Shown piece after piece: positions 51,518-59,089 of a DNA stretch of 64,000 nucleotides. How positions within the stretch are numbered: position 1 is the first letter of the stretch; the number at the start of each line of letters is the position of its first letter. Made by a program: the position numbers and the translations under genes. Location of the stretch: positions 1 through 64,000 of IMG/VR virus record IMGVR_UViG_3300032240_001244; one strand, written 5' to 3'. The notes under the pieces are model-generated. The model made no database searches, had not been told where the DNA came from, and worked only from the letters and a program-made list of their open reading frames with translations. Origin of the DNA: a virus.

Positions 51518-52309
51518 GTGAGAAACTTACTTAATTTACTACTAGAAGCACCTATAGATGCAGCCACTATCCAGAAAATGATTAATTCTGGTAAGCAGGT
51601 ATCTATATACTATCAAGGAGACGATAATAGCAAGAAAGGTTGGAAAAAAGTAGAACCTGTTAAGGTTGAAACTGTTGATGGTAAGGAGACTCTTATTGCA
51701 TATGAGATAGAAGGTTTAGGAAAAAAACCTATTAAAAAACAGTTCACTCAAGAAAAGATTACCAACTGGAACGTCCTAAGCACTGTCACAGCTACCACTG
51801 CAGCTAAGGAAAAGGAGAAAGAAAAGAAATTACCAAAAAAACCTGGAGCTAAGCCTCCTACCCCAAAGCAAAGAAGTTTGGGGTCTCAAGGAGATGACTT
51901 CTGTGATGCTATAACTAATAAGAGAATAGTTAAAATGTACTATAAGGGAGACGAAGAAGAGGCTCCTGGATGGCGTACAGATGTACAGGCGGTGTGCTAC
52001 GGATCTCGTAAAGGAGTTAAGTATGTAAGAGCTTGGGTAGGGTCAGGCAAATCAGTTAGCGCAGATAAAAATCCACAAAAGAAAGCATTACCAGGTTGGA
52101 GATTCTTTCGTCAAGATAGAATACAAAAGTGGGAAGTAGACGCTACAAAAACTTTCAAAGCACCGCCTAAGGCAGACTTTAATCCTAAAGGAGACAAGTT
52201 AATGGATACCATATTATGTATATCAGATTTTGCACCAGATGCACCGCCAGCAGCATTACAAGAAGGATCAATACTTTCAGCTATAAAGGAGGCAATCAAA
52301 ATCTTTTAA
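51518..52309 (+). CDS. Tandem WYL-like domain protein
   Basis: Two repeats: V.IYYQGD...GWKKVEPV...LIAY and VKMYYKGD...GWR.....YVRAW...WRFFR.DRI; Lys/Pro linker. Confidence 0.65.
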   Translation: MRNLLNLLLEAPIDAATIQKMINSGKQVSIYYQGDDNSKKGWKKVEPVKVETVDGKETLIAYEIEGLGKKPIKKQFTQEKITNWNVLSTVTATTAAKEKEKEKKLPKKPGAKPPTPKQRSLGSQGDDFCDAITNKRIVKMYYKGDEEEAPGWRTDVQAVCYGSRKGVKYVRAWVGSGKSVSADKNPQKKALPGWRFFRQDRIQKWEVDATKTFKAPPKADFNPKGDKLMDTILCISDFAPDAPPAALQEGSILSAIKEAIKIF

Positions 52310-52319
52310 AACTAGGAAG

Positions 52320-52658
52320 ATGAATCAGAAAGGAAAGAAGCAGTCGGTTAAAAAAAGAGTTGTGCCTTTTCTGAACTACACAGTGAGAAACTTCTCAGAC
52401 TATAATGAAATATCGGATATGGCAGAGACTCAAAAAATTATATTCGATAATCTTGTAGAAGCTATAAACTTTAGTGTAAGTAAAAATAAAAACCAAGCAG
52501 ACATTTTTAAATTAAATGAAGATGTTTGTGTAACTTTGGAAAAAGAAAAGTGGGCAACATCTCTTAAAAAAGCTATAGAGTTTTACTCTTCAACTGAGGT
52601 GGAAGACTACGAAAAATGTAAACAGTGTAGAGATATTATTGAAAAAATAACGTTATGA
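52320..52658 (+). CDS. Hypothetical protein with C-terminal UVR-like motif
   Basis: EDYEKC..CRD. Confidence 0.6.
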   Translation: MNQKGKKQSVKKRVVPFLNYTVRNFSDYNEISDMAETQKIIFDNLVEAINFSVSKNKNQADIFKLNEDVCVTLEKEKWATSLKKAIEFYSSTEVEDYEKCKQCRDIIEKITL

Positions 52659-53068
52659 AAAAAGACTTCGACCCAGATAATAGCCACGATCAAAATGTAA
52701 AGATTGCAATAGATAAGATCATTGGACAGGAAACTTCATTTAGGAAGCTAAAGAAAACACAAGAAGACCACAAAAGGATTCTATTTGTTAGAATAATAGA
52801 GTCCATAATAAATGCAGAAGAAAGAGCAATAGGGTTGGATGAAGGATTTCAAATGGATATGACCAAATATAATCAACTGTTCTTTGATATTATTACAGAC
52901 TTCTTTTCATTTACTTTCAATAAACAACAGGTCAATCTTATTAACTTCTACTTGTACGACAGATACGCTGCGGATGGATCTGTACTTGATTTAATAAACG
53001 ATGATGAGACTGTAGTACCATTACACACACCAAATGATCTTTGGTATCTATTGAACAAAAATGAATAG
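52655..53068 (+). CDS. Hypothetical protein
   Basis: 137 aa ORF in operon packing. Confidence 0.65.
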   Translation: MKKDFDPDNSHDQNVKIAIDKIIGQETSFRKLKKTQEDHKRILFVRIIESIINAEERAIGLDEGFQMDMTKYNQLFFDIITDFFSFTFNKQQVNLINFYLYDRYAADGSVLDLINDDETVVPLHTPNDLWYLLNKNE

Positions 53069-53070
53069 TT

Positions 53071-53772
53071 ATGCAAATCAAATCTTTCAAAAAAGAGAAA
53101 TCTAATAGAGGGCAAGACCTTAATATAGAAAGGCAAGCTATTGAAAGAGCTATGAGAGATACTATGTCAAACAAAGCTGCGGCAAGGTTCTTAGGAGTAT
53201 CTTTTAAAACATATAAGAAATACGCCCAGATGTACCGTAATGAAGATGGTATAACCTTATATGAGCTACATAAGAACCAAGCTGCTAAAGGTATTCCTAA
53301 GTTTGGCAAGAGGAGGCATGACAAGGCTTCCATCATGGATATCATGGAAGGGAGAGTCCCTAAAACATTTGTATCAATTAAAATATTAAAACATCAAATA
53401 ATACAGCATGGAATCTTAAAAGAAGAATGTTGTAGGTGTGGATTCAAAGAGCAGCGTGTATTAGATTACAAGACCCCTCTTATAATGAATTTTAGGGATG
53501 GAGATAAAAAAAATTGGGCTTTAGAAAACATAGAATTTCTATGCTATAATTGTTTTTTTCTTTGTGTAGGAGAAGTTTTTACAAATAAACAACTGTCTGT
53601 AATGGAAGATTTTACAGATTTAAGATCTGTTAAAATAGATCTAGACTTGCCAGTAAAACATGAGGAAGCCATAAAAGAATCAATTAACCTGGAAAATAAA
53701 CATATTTATAGTAGTGAAGAAAGGCCAGAGGATTACGGAGATGATTTAATATCAACATTCAGAAGACGATGA
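53071..53772 (+). CDS. HTH plus degenerate HNH-like zinc-binding protein
   Basis: AAARFLGVSFKTYKKY HTH; CCRCG...DGDKKNW.LENIEFLCYNC; catalytic His not evident. Confidence 0.65.
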   Translation: MQIKSFKKEKSNRGQDLNIERQAIERAMRDTMSNKAAARFLGVSFKTYKKYAQMYRNEDGITLYELHKNQAAKGIPKFGKRRHDKASIMDIMEGRVPKTFVSIKILKHQIIQHGILKEECCRCGFKEQRVLDYKTPLIMNFRDGDKKNWALENIEFLCYNCFFLCVGEVFTNKQLSVMEDFTDLRSVKIDLDLPVKHEEAIKESINLENKHIYSSEERPEDYGDDLISTFRRR

Positions 53773-54134
53773 AAAGAAAAGATTACGTTGATAAAACTGC
53801 TGATGATCTTATAAAAAAGAAAGATGCTTCAGATAAGTTATTAGCGTTTGCTGGAAGAGCATCTAGTCTAACAGCGTTTTTAGTAAACAAGTCTAAGGAA
53901 GAGGTATTGATGAAGGAGGCTCATAAGAAACTACCAGCACTTAAAGAAAAGCTTGTAGAACATAAGGTATTTTTTGAAAGGAAGACAATAAAAAGTGATA
54001 ATATAAGGAACTTAAACAATGAGATCACCAAGTGTGAAAAGTTTATTGAAGGGTTGGGAGAAAAAACTACTATTGAGGATCTCAAAATTATTTTGGACTG
54101 GTACTATAAAACCTCGGAGAAATATGGATTTTGA
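53769..54134 (+). CDS. Hypothetical protein
   Basis: 121 aa ORF overlapping upstream stop. Confidence 0.6.
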   Translation: MKRKDYVDKTADDLIKKKDASDKLLAFAGRASSLTAFLVNKSKEEVLMKEAHKKLPALKEKLVEHKVFFERKTIKSDNIRNLNNEITKCEKFIEGLGEKTTIEDLKIILDWYYKTSEKYGF

Positions 54135-54462
54135 TGCTGAAGACTTGTATATAATAGAAGTCAGTGATAAGGATATGACAATTAAGCAAGTTCTAGTGGA
54201 ACACGAAAGAGCTTTGTCTTTAGCCATAGTAGAAAAAATTTGCTACGCTATGGACAATAACTTGAAAAAAATAAACATTGCTAGAATATACACAGACTCA
54301 ATTGCAATAACACTTCATACTTCTTTACCAAGTTTCCAAGAGACTTTGGAGACAAACATTGAAAATCTCATAAAGCATGAGGAGTATGAGATGTGTGCTA
54401 TAGGTAAAAAACACCTTGATATCCTAAAAGAAAAACCCGATAGAAAATATTTGAATATATAA
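54124..54462 (+). CDS. Hypothetical protein with C-terminal EEYEMC motif
   Basis: ATG at 54124; C-terminus resembles 52320..52658. Confidence 0.6.
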   Translation: MDFDAEDLYIIEVSDKDMTIKQVLVEHERALSLAIVEKICYAMDNNLKKINIARIYTDSIAITLHTSLPSFQETLETNIENLIKHEEYEMCAIGKKHLDILKEKPDRKYLNI

Positions 54463-54481
54463 ATATTTATATATATCTTTG
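54450..54481 (+). promoter_or_regulatory. Host-type promoter with nested TATTTATA, upstream of lipoprotein and tmRNA
   Basis: TTTG 54450-53, 20 nt spacer, TATCTTTG 54474-81; TATTTATA 54464-71. Confidence 0.65.
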
Positions 54482-54501
54482 TAAATATAATATAATATAA
54501 A

Positions 54502-54696
54502 ATGAAAAAAGCATTTATTATTTTTTTGTTATCTTTGTTTGTAGTATCCTGTGGAGGATCTAATGAAAGTAAACCTGTAGAAGCTACATATGCACCAGTA
54601 GGAGTTGATAGTTCAAATATACTACCTCCACTTACGGATAGTGCTAAGATTGAATTGAATGGAGAAAAACCAAAGCCACAGTTGAACGAGAATTAA
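54502..54696 (+). CDS. Small lipoprotein
   Basis: MKKAFIIFLLSLFVVS-C lipobox. Confidence 0.7.
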   Translation: MKKAFIIFLLSLFVVSCGGSNESKPVEATYAPVGVDSSNILPPLTDSAKIELNGEKPKPQLNEN

Positions 54697-54793
54697 AAAT
54701 AAGGGCCTAACCGGTATCGATTCGTAATCGGAGGGTAGTACCACACGCAGAGATAAGTACTAGATCTCTTTAAACTCTGTACAAAATATAAAC

Positions 54794-54865
54794 GACGAAA
54801 TGTCTACTATGACCTTCGATGACCTTATGGCCTTCGTTGGTGCCGATGAAGCAACATTTGCTTAG
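54794..54865 (+). other. tmRNA tag reading frame (A)DEMSTMTFDDLMAFVGADEATFA*
   Basis: ATAAAC|GAC resume context, TAG at 54863-65; exact resume codon inferred. Confidence 0.7.
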
Positions 54866-55092
54866 TCCGCCGAGGTGTCTACAACCTCGCTTCAAACAAA
54901 GTGGAACACAGAGTTTCCCCGATCGACTCTTTAAATAAGGACTGGGGTGGTGGAAAGCTGTCTCCGGACAACCCCTTACTGATCAGCTTGCAGATCAAAA
55001 CTACGGTGCAGATGACGGGGGATCTCCCTCTTGATTGTCAGTACTAAGCGTGTGATATGCTGGTATTATTGTTCATTACGAAGACGTGGGTT

Positions 55093-55370
55093 TGTGGAAT
55101 CGGACCCATCTAGTAGGAATACTAGATTAAAAACTGGATGAATTGCTGGAACTCCTATGACATAGGACAATCAGCAGCCAAGCCTAAAGTACACTTTAGG
55201 AAGGTTCAACGACTAGCGGAGAGATAAAGTTCTCTTAATAACCGCACTAGCGTCCAGCACCCAGATCGGGTGATGATATAGTCTGATCCTCTTGGTAACA
55301 AGAGTTGTAGTTCTTTACGAGGCTGTCTATGAAATCTAAAGTTTCTGGATCTAACAAAAGAATACCAGTG
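55093..55370 (+). mobile_element. ORF-less group I intron (278 nt, IA-like) in tmRNA T-loop
   Basis: P AATTGCTGGAA, Q AATCAGCAGCC, R GTTCAACGACTA, S GATATAGTC; P1 GGGTT/GACCC with U-G at the 5' splice site; P3 CTGGATG/CGTCCAG; P8, P9 with GNRA loop; terminal G at 55370. Confidence 0.93.
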
Positions 55371-55421
55371 CGAATCCCACTAGGTCCACTTAAAGGTTTA
55401 GGTTAGGATTATGGTTAAAAC

Positions 55422-55452
55422 GAAGGGGGGTTTCTACCCCCTTTCTCTTTTT
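55422..55452 (+). terminator. Intrinsic terminator after tmRNA
   Basis: GAAGGGGGG-tttcta-CCCCCTTTC then T-rich tract. Confidence 0.8.
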
Positions 55453-55483
55453 GTATATATTTATATTAAACAAAATAATTTAT

Positions 55484-56005
55484 ATGAAAAGTTTAATGTT
55501 AGCAGTTATTGTTTTAATTGGGATGGTTTCATGTTCTAAAGTCCCAGACAATAAAGTACACGAATCCAAAGTAGAATTAGGCGGATTTCAGTACGATCCA
55601 ATAGTAAAAAAACCGGTTCAAGTTCAAGAAGAGTATTATCAAATAGCACCTACATGGGGACAGGCTTTTGATTACGCTTCTAAGAGAAGTGATCACATTA
55701 TTTATACTGTACTAGGGGTGATATTCTTAATAGCTTTCGTTGCTTTATTCTATGGAAAAGCCTCAGATGCTAGCTGGCTACCTAAGTTCCTTGATAATGA
55801 AATTATATTTGTAGCTGCTTTATTTCTTCTAGTAGCATCTACAGTTACATTTTTTACTACCCATGCTTCTGAAGTTAGATGGCAAAATGACAAGTGGGTT
55901 AAAAAAGAAGTGTACGATAAGGCAATAAAAGAAGCAGGATCTACTCAGCCAATTTGGGATAGCCTTGAGGCCAATCATTTGATCATAGGTGGACCATGGA
56001 AGTAG
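55484..56005 (+). CDS. Membrane lipoprotein with two further TM segments
   Basis: MKSLMLAVIVLIGMVS-C lipobox; two hydrophobic helices. Confidence 0.65.
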   Translation: MKSLMLAVIVLIGMVSCSKVPDNKVHESKVELGGFQYDPIVKKPVQVQEEYYQIAPTWGQAFDYASKRSDHIIYTVLGVIFLIAFVALFYGKASDASWLPKFLDNEIIFVAALFLLVASTVTFFTTHASEVRWQNDKWVKKEVYDKAIKEAGSTQPIWDSLEANHLIIGGPWK

Positions 56006-56367
56006 TAGAAAGTCTTATACTGTCTTTATTATTCACAGGCATCAATATCGGGTTAGCCCGGTATGATGCTTGGAGAATAAAACATAACATTAGAATAAGA
56101 CATGCAATTAATGCTTTATTGTATTGTATTTTATTAATACCTTTCTATAGATGCCTATCAATTTATAATTTGATAGGTCTTTTATTAATTAGAATACCTG
56201 TGTTTAATACCTGTTTAAATGTGTTTAGGGGGCTATCTGCTACATACATAAGCCACACTACTACCAGTATAGTAGATAAAATAATGAATGGTGTAGTAGA
56301 AAAGCTAGGGTATTGGGTATATCATATTATAATATACATCATAGCTATAGTATTAATATTTATGTAA
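55996..56367 (+). CDS. Multi-pass membrane protein
   Basis: Several hydrophobic segments. Confidence 0.6.
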   Translation: MEVVESLILSLLFTGINIGLARYDAWRIKHNIRIRHAINALLYCILLIPFYRCLSIYNLIGLLLIRIPVFNTCLNVFRGLSATYISHTTTSIVDKIMNGVVEKLGYWVYHIIIYIIAIVLIFM

Positions 56368-56407
56368 AATAAAATAGAGAATGTTCTTCTGAATAAATTT
56401 TAATAGT

Positions 56408-56653
56408 ATGAAGAAGTTTTTTCAAGATCTATTTAATGATAATAACAGTATTAATGAGAAAGCTGTTATAGGATTCATGTCATTTGTAATGATGTGTGTA
56501 TTTGCAATTACTGATATTGTTTTAGGTACTAAAAATAAAACACTAGTTATAAATGAATATATATTTGATGCGTTTAAATGGTTAACAGCTATTTGCTTTG
56601 GAATAGCCAGTGTGGATAAGTTTATAAACAAGAGATCTGAAAAGGGAGACTAG
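56408..56653 (+). CDS. Two-TM small membrane protein (holin-like)
   Basis: Two TM helices with charged termini. Confidence 0.55.
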   Translation: MKKFFQDLFNDNNSINEKAVIGFMSFVMMCVFAITDIVLGTKNKTLVINEYIFDAFKWLTAICFGIASVDKFINKRSEKGD

Positions 56654-56669
56654 TATTTTTTAAAATAAA

Positions 56670-56701
56670 TTTGTTTTATATATACATTATATTTATCTTT
56701 G
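56670..56701 (+). promoter_or_regulatory. Bacteroidota-type promoter
   Basis: TTTG 56670-73, 20 nt spacer, TATCTTTG 56694-56701. Confidence 0.65.
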
Positions 56702-56717
56702 ATAAAAATTAAAAGTT

Positions 56718-56888
56718 ATGAGTAACGCAAACATCACCCCAGAACAGCAATTGATTATAGAAAAAGTTGAATATCAACTATCTGAAATCAAAGATCAGGA
56801 TCTCCTCTACTCATCTATTAGAGAAATACTTTATAGTATCCCAAACAATTACGATTTAGGAGTAGTAATCAGACAATTATTTAGTTAA
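56718..56888 (+). CDS. Small hypothetical protein (56 aa), absent from ORF track
   Basis: MSNANITPEQQL...PNNYDLGVVIRQLFS directly behind promoter. Confidence 0.65.
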   Translation: MSNANITPEQQLIIEKVEYQLSEIKDQDLLYSSIREILYSIPNNYDLGVVIRQLFS

Positions 56889-56903
56889 AAAACGCATAAT
56901 GAT

Positions 56904-57194
56904 ATGGCAGAGTTTTCAAAACAATGGTGTGAAATTTGGGACCCTTCTATGCCTCATGACTTTGATATTGAGGATATTATAAAAGATATGAATAGAGATA
57001 GGTATTATCCTATAGTATGCGAAGGCTTTGGTTTTAATTGTATACATAAAGATGCGCATGGGAATATATGGCTATCTTATGGGTATGATAAAGATGGCAA
57101 CAGTACTAGTTGGAGAAGATATAAGACTGTCTTGCTAGAAGAAAAGAAAAAAACACCAAATAATGAAAATTGCAGTATTCAGCGACACTCATAA
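56904..57194 (+). CDS. Hypothetical protein
   Basis: MAEFSKQWC...ICEGFG. Confidence 0.65.
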   Translation: MAEFSKQWCEIWDPSMPHDFDIEDIIKDMNRDRYYPIVCEGFGFNCIHKDAHGNIWLSYGYDKDGNSTSWRRYKTVLLEEKKKTPNNENCSIQRHS

Positions 57195-57900
57195 TAAACA
57201 CAAACAAGTAACTCTTCCAGAGTGTGATATTGCTATATTTGCCGGAGATGCCACTTCGGTTGGACAAAAGCACGAAGTAGAGAGCTTCCTTAATTGGTAC
57301 GGTAAGCAATATCAGTGTAAGCACAAAGTCTTTATTGCTGGTAATCATGATAAGTCTTTTGATAAAAAATTCTATAGAAATTTTGAAGACCATGATTTAT
57401 TTAAAGAGAACGAGCATCTAGGAAAGCCTGGGTGGTTAGTAGATATGTTAGAGAGAGCCAGAGTTGTATTAAATGTACAGTATCTTGAAAATCAATCTAG
57501 TATTATAGAAGGTATAAAAATATGGGGTAGTCCTATTACTCCAAGTTTCTATAAACAATACTGGGCTTTCAATGCTGATAGAAATGAAGAGGTCCGATCT
57601 TATTGGGATAAAATTCCCCAAGATACCAACATAGTTGTTACTCACGGACCTGTTCATGGTAAACTAGATTATATACCAGAGAGTGGTGAATATGTAGGAT
57701 GCGTGGATTTAAAATCCAAGATAGAAGAAATAAAACCTATGATGTTTATTTGTGGTCATATACATTCTGGAAGAGGGGTATATAACACAGATAAAACATT
57801 GTATGTCAATTCCTCTATAATGGATAATGCGTATAATAAACAAGGAGAGCCAATGGTATTTAAAATAAATGTGGATAAGATGTATGTAGATTTTTATTAA
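57163..57900 (+). CDS. Calcineurin-like metallophosphoesterase
   Basis: SDTH, AGD, AGNHD, THGP, CGHIH. Confidence 0.92.
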   Translation: MKIAVFSDTHNKHKQVTLPECDIAIFAGDATSVGQKHEVESFLNWYGKQYQCKHKVFIAGNHDKSFDKKFYRNFEDHDLFKENEHLGKPGWLVDMLERARVVLNVQYLENQSSIIEGIKIWGSPITPSFYKQYWAFNADRNEEVRSYWDKIPQDTNIVVTHGPVHGKLDYIPESGEYVGCVDLKSKIEEIKPMMFICGHIHSGRGVYNTDKTLYVNSSIMDNAYNKQGEPMVFKINVDKMYVDFY

Positions 57901-57932
57901 CTTTTTGTATCTTTACATTAGTTCTTTGAAAT

Positions 57933-57957
57933 AAAAAAGGTCGGCATGAACCGACCT
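57933..57957 (-). terminator. Hairpin terminator between convergent genes
   Basis: AGGTCGG/CCGACCT stem; A6 on + strand gives a U tract on the - strand. Confidence 0.7.
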
Positions 57958-57979
57958 ATTAAAAGTAAAAGCAATAAAA

Positions 57980-58141
57980 TTAAGCTTTCTTAGATACTAC
58001 AGACCATATTGAACCAACGATAGTCATAATGCCACCAATTACTTCAATAGAAACTCCTTCGCTAACAATACCTTTTGTTACAAGGATACCACCAGCAAAA
58101 GTAAGAATGTGTCTTACAAGGCCTAAAATTTGATCTTTCAT
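57980..58141 (-). CDS. 53 aa two-TM putative holin, absent from ORF track
   Basis: MKDQILGLVRHILTFAGGILVTKG...IGGIMTIVGSIWSVVSKKA; own TATTTATA motif on - strand and own terminator. Confidence 0.75.
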   Translation of the reverse strand: MKDQILGLVRHILTFAGGILVTKGIVSEGVSIEVIGGIMTIVGSIWSVVSKKA

Positions 58142-58212
58142 GTTTGTTTGTTTTAATTAAAAATGCGTACCTTGTGGTACACATATAAATATCTAAAAAA
58201 TTAAAAATAATT

Positions 58213-58520
58213 AGCCCGAAGGCCACGGGATCGAAAATTCAGGAATGCCTCTCTAATTGCCTTGAGATAGTATCGACTAGGATTACGAAGCACACTGCTC
58301 CTCTAGATCGTTAGCTAGCGGTGTAAAGCAATCCCACTGGAAAATAGGATTGCAAATAAGGTTGATTGGGATGAATGCAAGTGCATCATCGGTTAGAAAT
58401 GCCAATCGTAAAAGCAGGTGTCCACGCACCCATCTCCTGCTTTCCTAAAATTATTGAGAGAAGAAGACGAAAGTGATTTTATGGTCAGTGTACATATTCC
58501 ATAGATAGCTCCTGACTACT
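58213..58520 (+). ncRNA. Candidate structured non-coding RNA region, unidentified
   Basis: GC-elevated, no ORF in track; stems GCAATCC/GGATTGC, GATTGG/CCAATC, AAAGCAGG/CCTGCTTT; strand inferred. Confidence 0.5.
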
Positions 58521-58550
58521 AAACTATTTAATAATTAAAACAAAACAAAA

Positions 58551-59087
58551 ATGAAAAAATTTATTATTGATCCACTGCACTCAGAAATTGGGTTTAAAAT
58601 TAAACACTTAATGATTTCGACTGTGACAGGTAATTTTGGAAAATTTAACGCAACTATGGAATCGGAATCGAGCGATTTTACAGATGCAAAAATTAATTTT
58701 ACAGCAGACGTTAATGCTCTGTCTACTAATATTTCCGATAGAGATCATCACTTAAAGTCACCTGATTTTTTTGATACAGATAATTTTCCGAATATTACAT
58801 TTGAGTCAACTAAAGTTGAAAAATTAGGAGAAGAATACGAAGTTTCTGGCAATCTAACTATTAAAAGCGTAACCCTACCAGTAAAGCTTAAAGGTACATA
58901 CAATGGTAATGACGTTGATGCTTACGGACAAACAAAGTACGGTTTTGAGTTAGAGGGTAAAATTAACCGTAAGGATTGGGGATTGACTTTTAATTTAGAA
59001 GGCGGCAAGGGCAGTTTACTTATTGGCGACGAAGTTAGACTTATAGTTAGTATTCAAATGACTGAACTCCAAAAAATAGAAGAGTAG
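58551..59087 (+). CDS. YceI-family polyisoprenoid-binding protein
   Basis: IDPLHSEIGFKIKHLMISTVTGNF, RDHHLKSPDFFD, GNLTIK, INRKDWGL. Confidence 0.93.
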   Translation: MKKFIIDPLHSEIGFKIKHLMISTVTGNFGKFNATMESESSDFTDAKINFTADVNALSTNISDRDHHLKSPDFFDTDNFPNITFESTKVEKLGEEYEVSGNLTIKSVTLPVKLKGTYNGNDVDAYGQTKYGFELEGKINRKDWGLTFNLEGGKGSLLIGDEVRLIVSIQMTELQKIEE

Positions 59088-59089
59088 TA

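Larger units (their letters stand above)
54703..55388 (+). ncRNA. ssrA: tmRNA interrupted by a group I intron (exons 54703-55092 and 55371-55388)
   Basis: Acceptor stem GGGCCTA/TAGGTCC with G3-U wobble and A discriminator; helix 2 pairings TTCGTAAT/ATTACGAA, GTAGTACCA/TGGTATTAT, CACACGC/GCGTGTG; T-arm GTGGG-TT|CGAAT-CCCAC restored on splicing; internal tag ORF. Confidence 0.93.

Noticed and set aside
11671-53345. Many minus-strand track ORFs antisense to sheath, tape measure, recA, nrdJ, groEL, GT genes and others
   Set aside because: Nested opposite well-supported genes, no recognisable motifs or promoters
53071-53772. HNH-like gene as the homing partner of the tmRNA intron
   Set aside because: Catalytic His is not evident, three genes intervene, and nothing in the sequence links the two
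58410-58446. HDV-like (theta) ribozyme suggested by GTG-TCCACG-CAC
   Set aside because: No room for P1.1 GG, P4 or the catalytic J4/2 strand before the closing helix, and it is not at a tRNA 3' end
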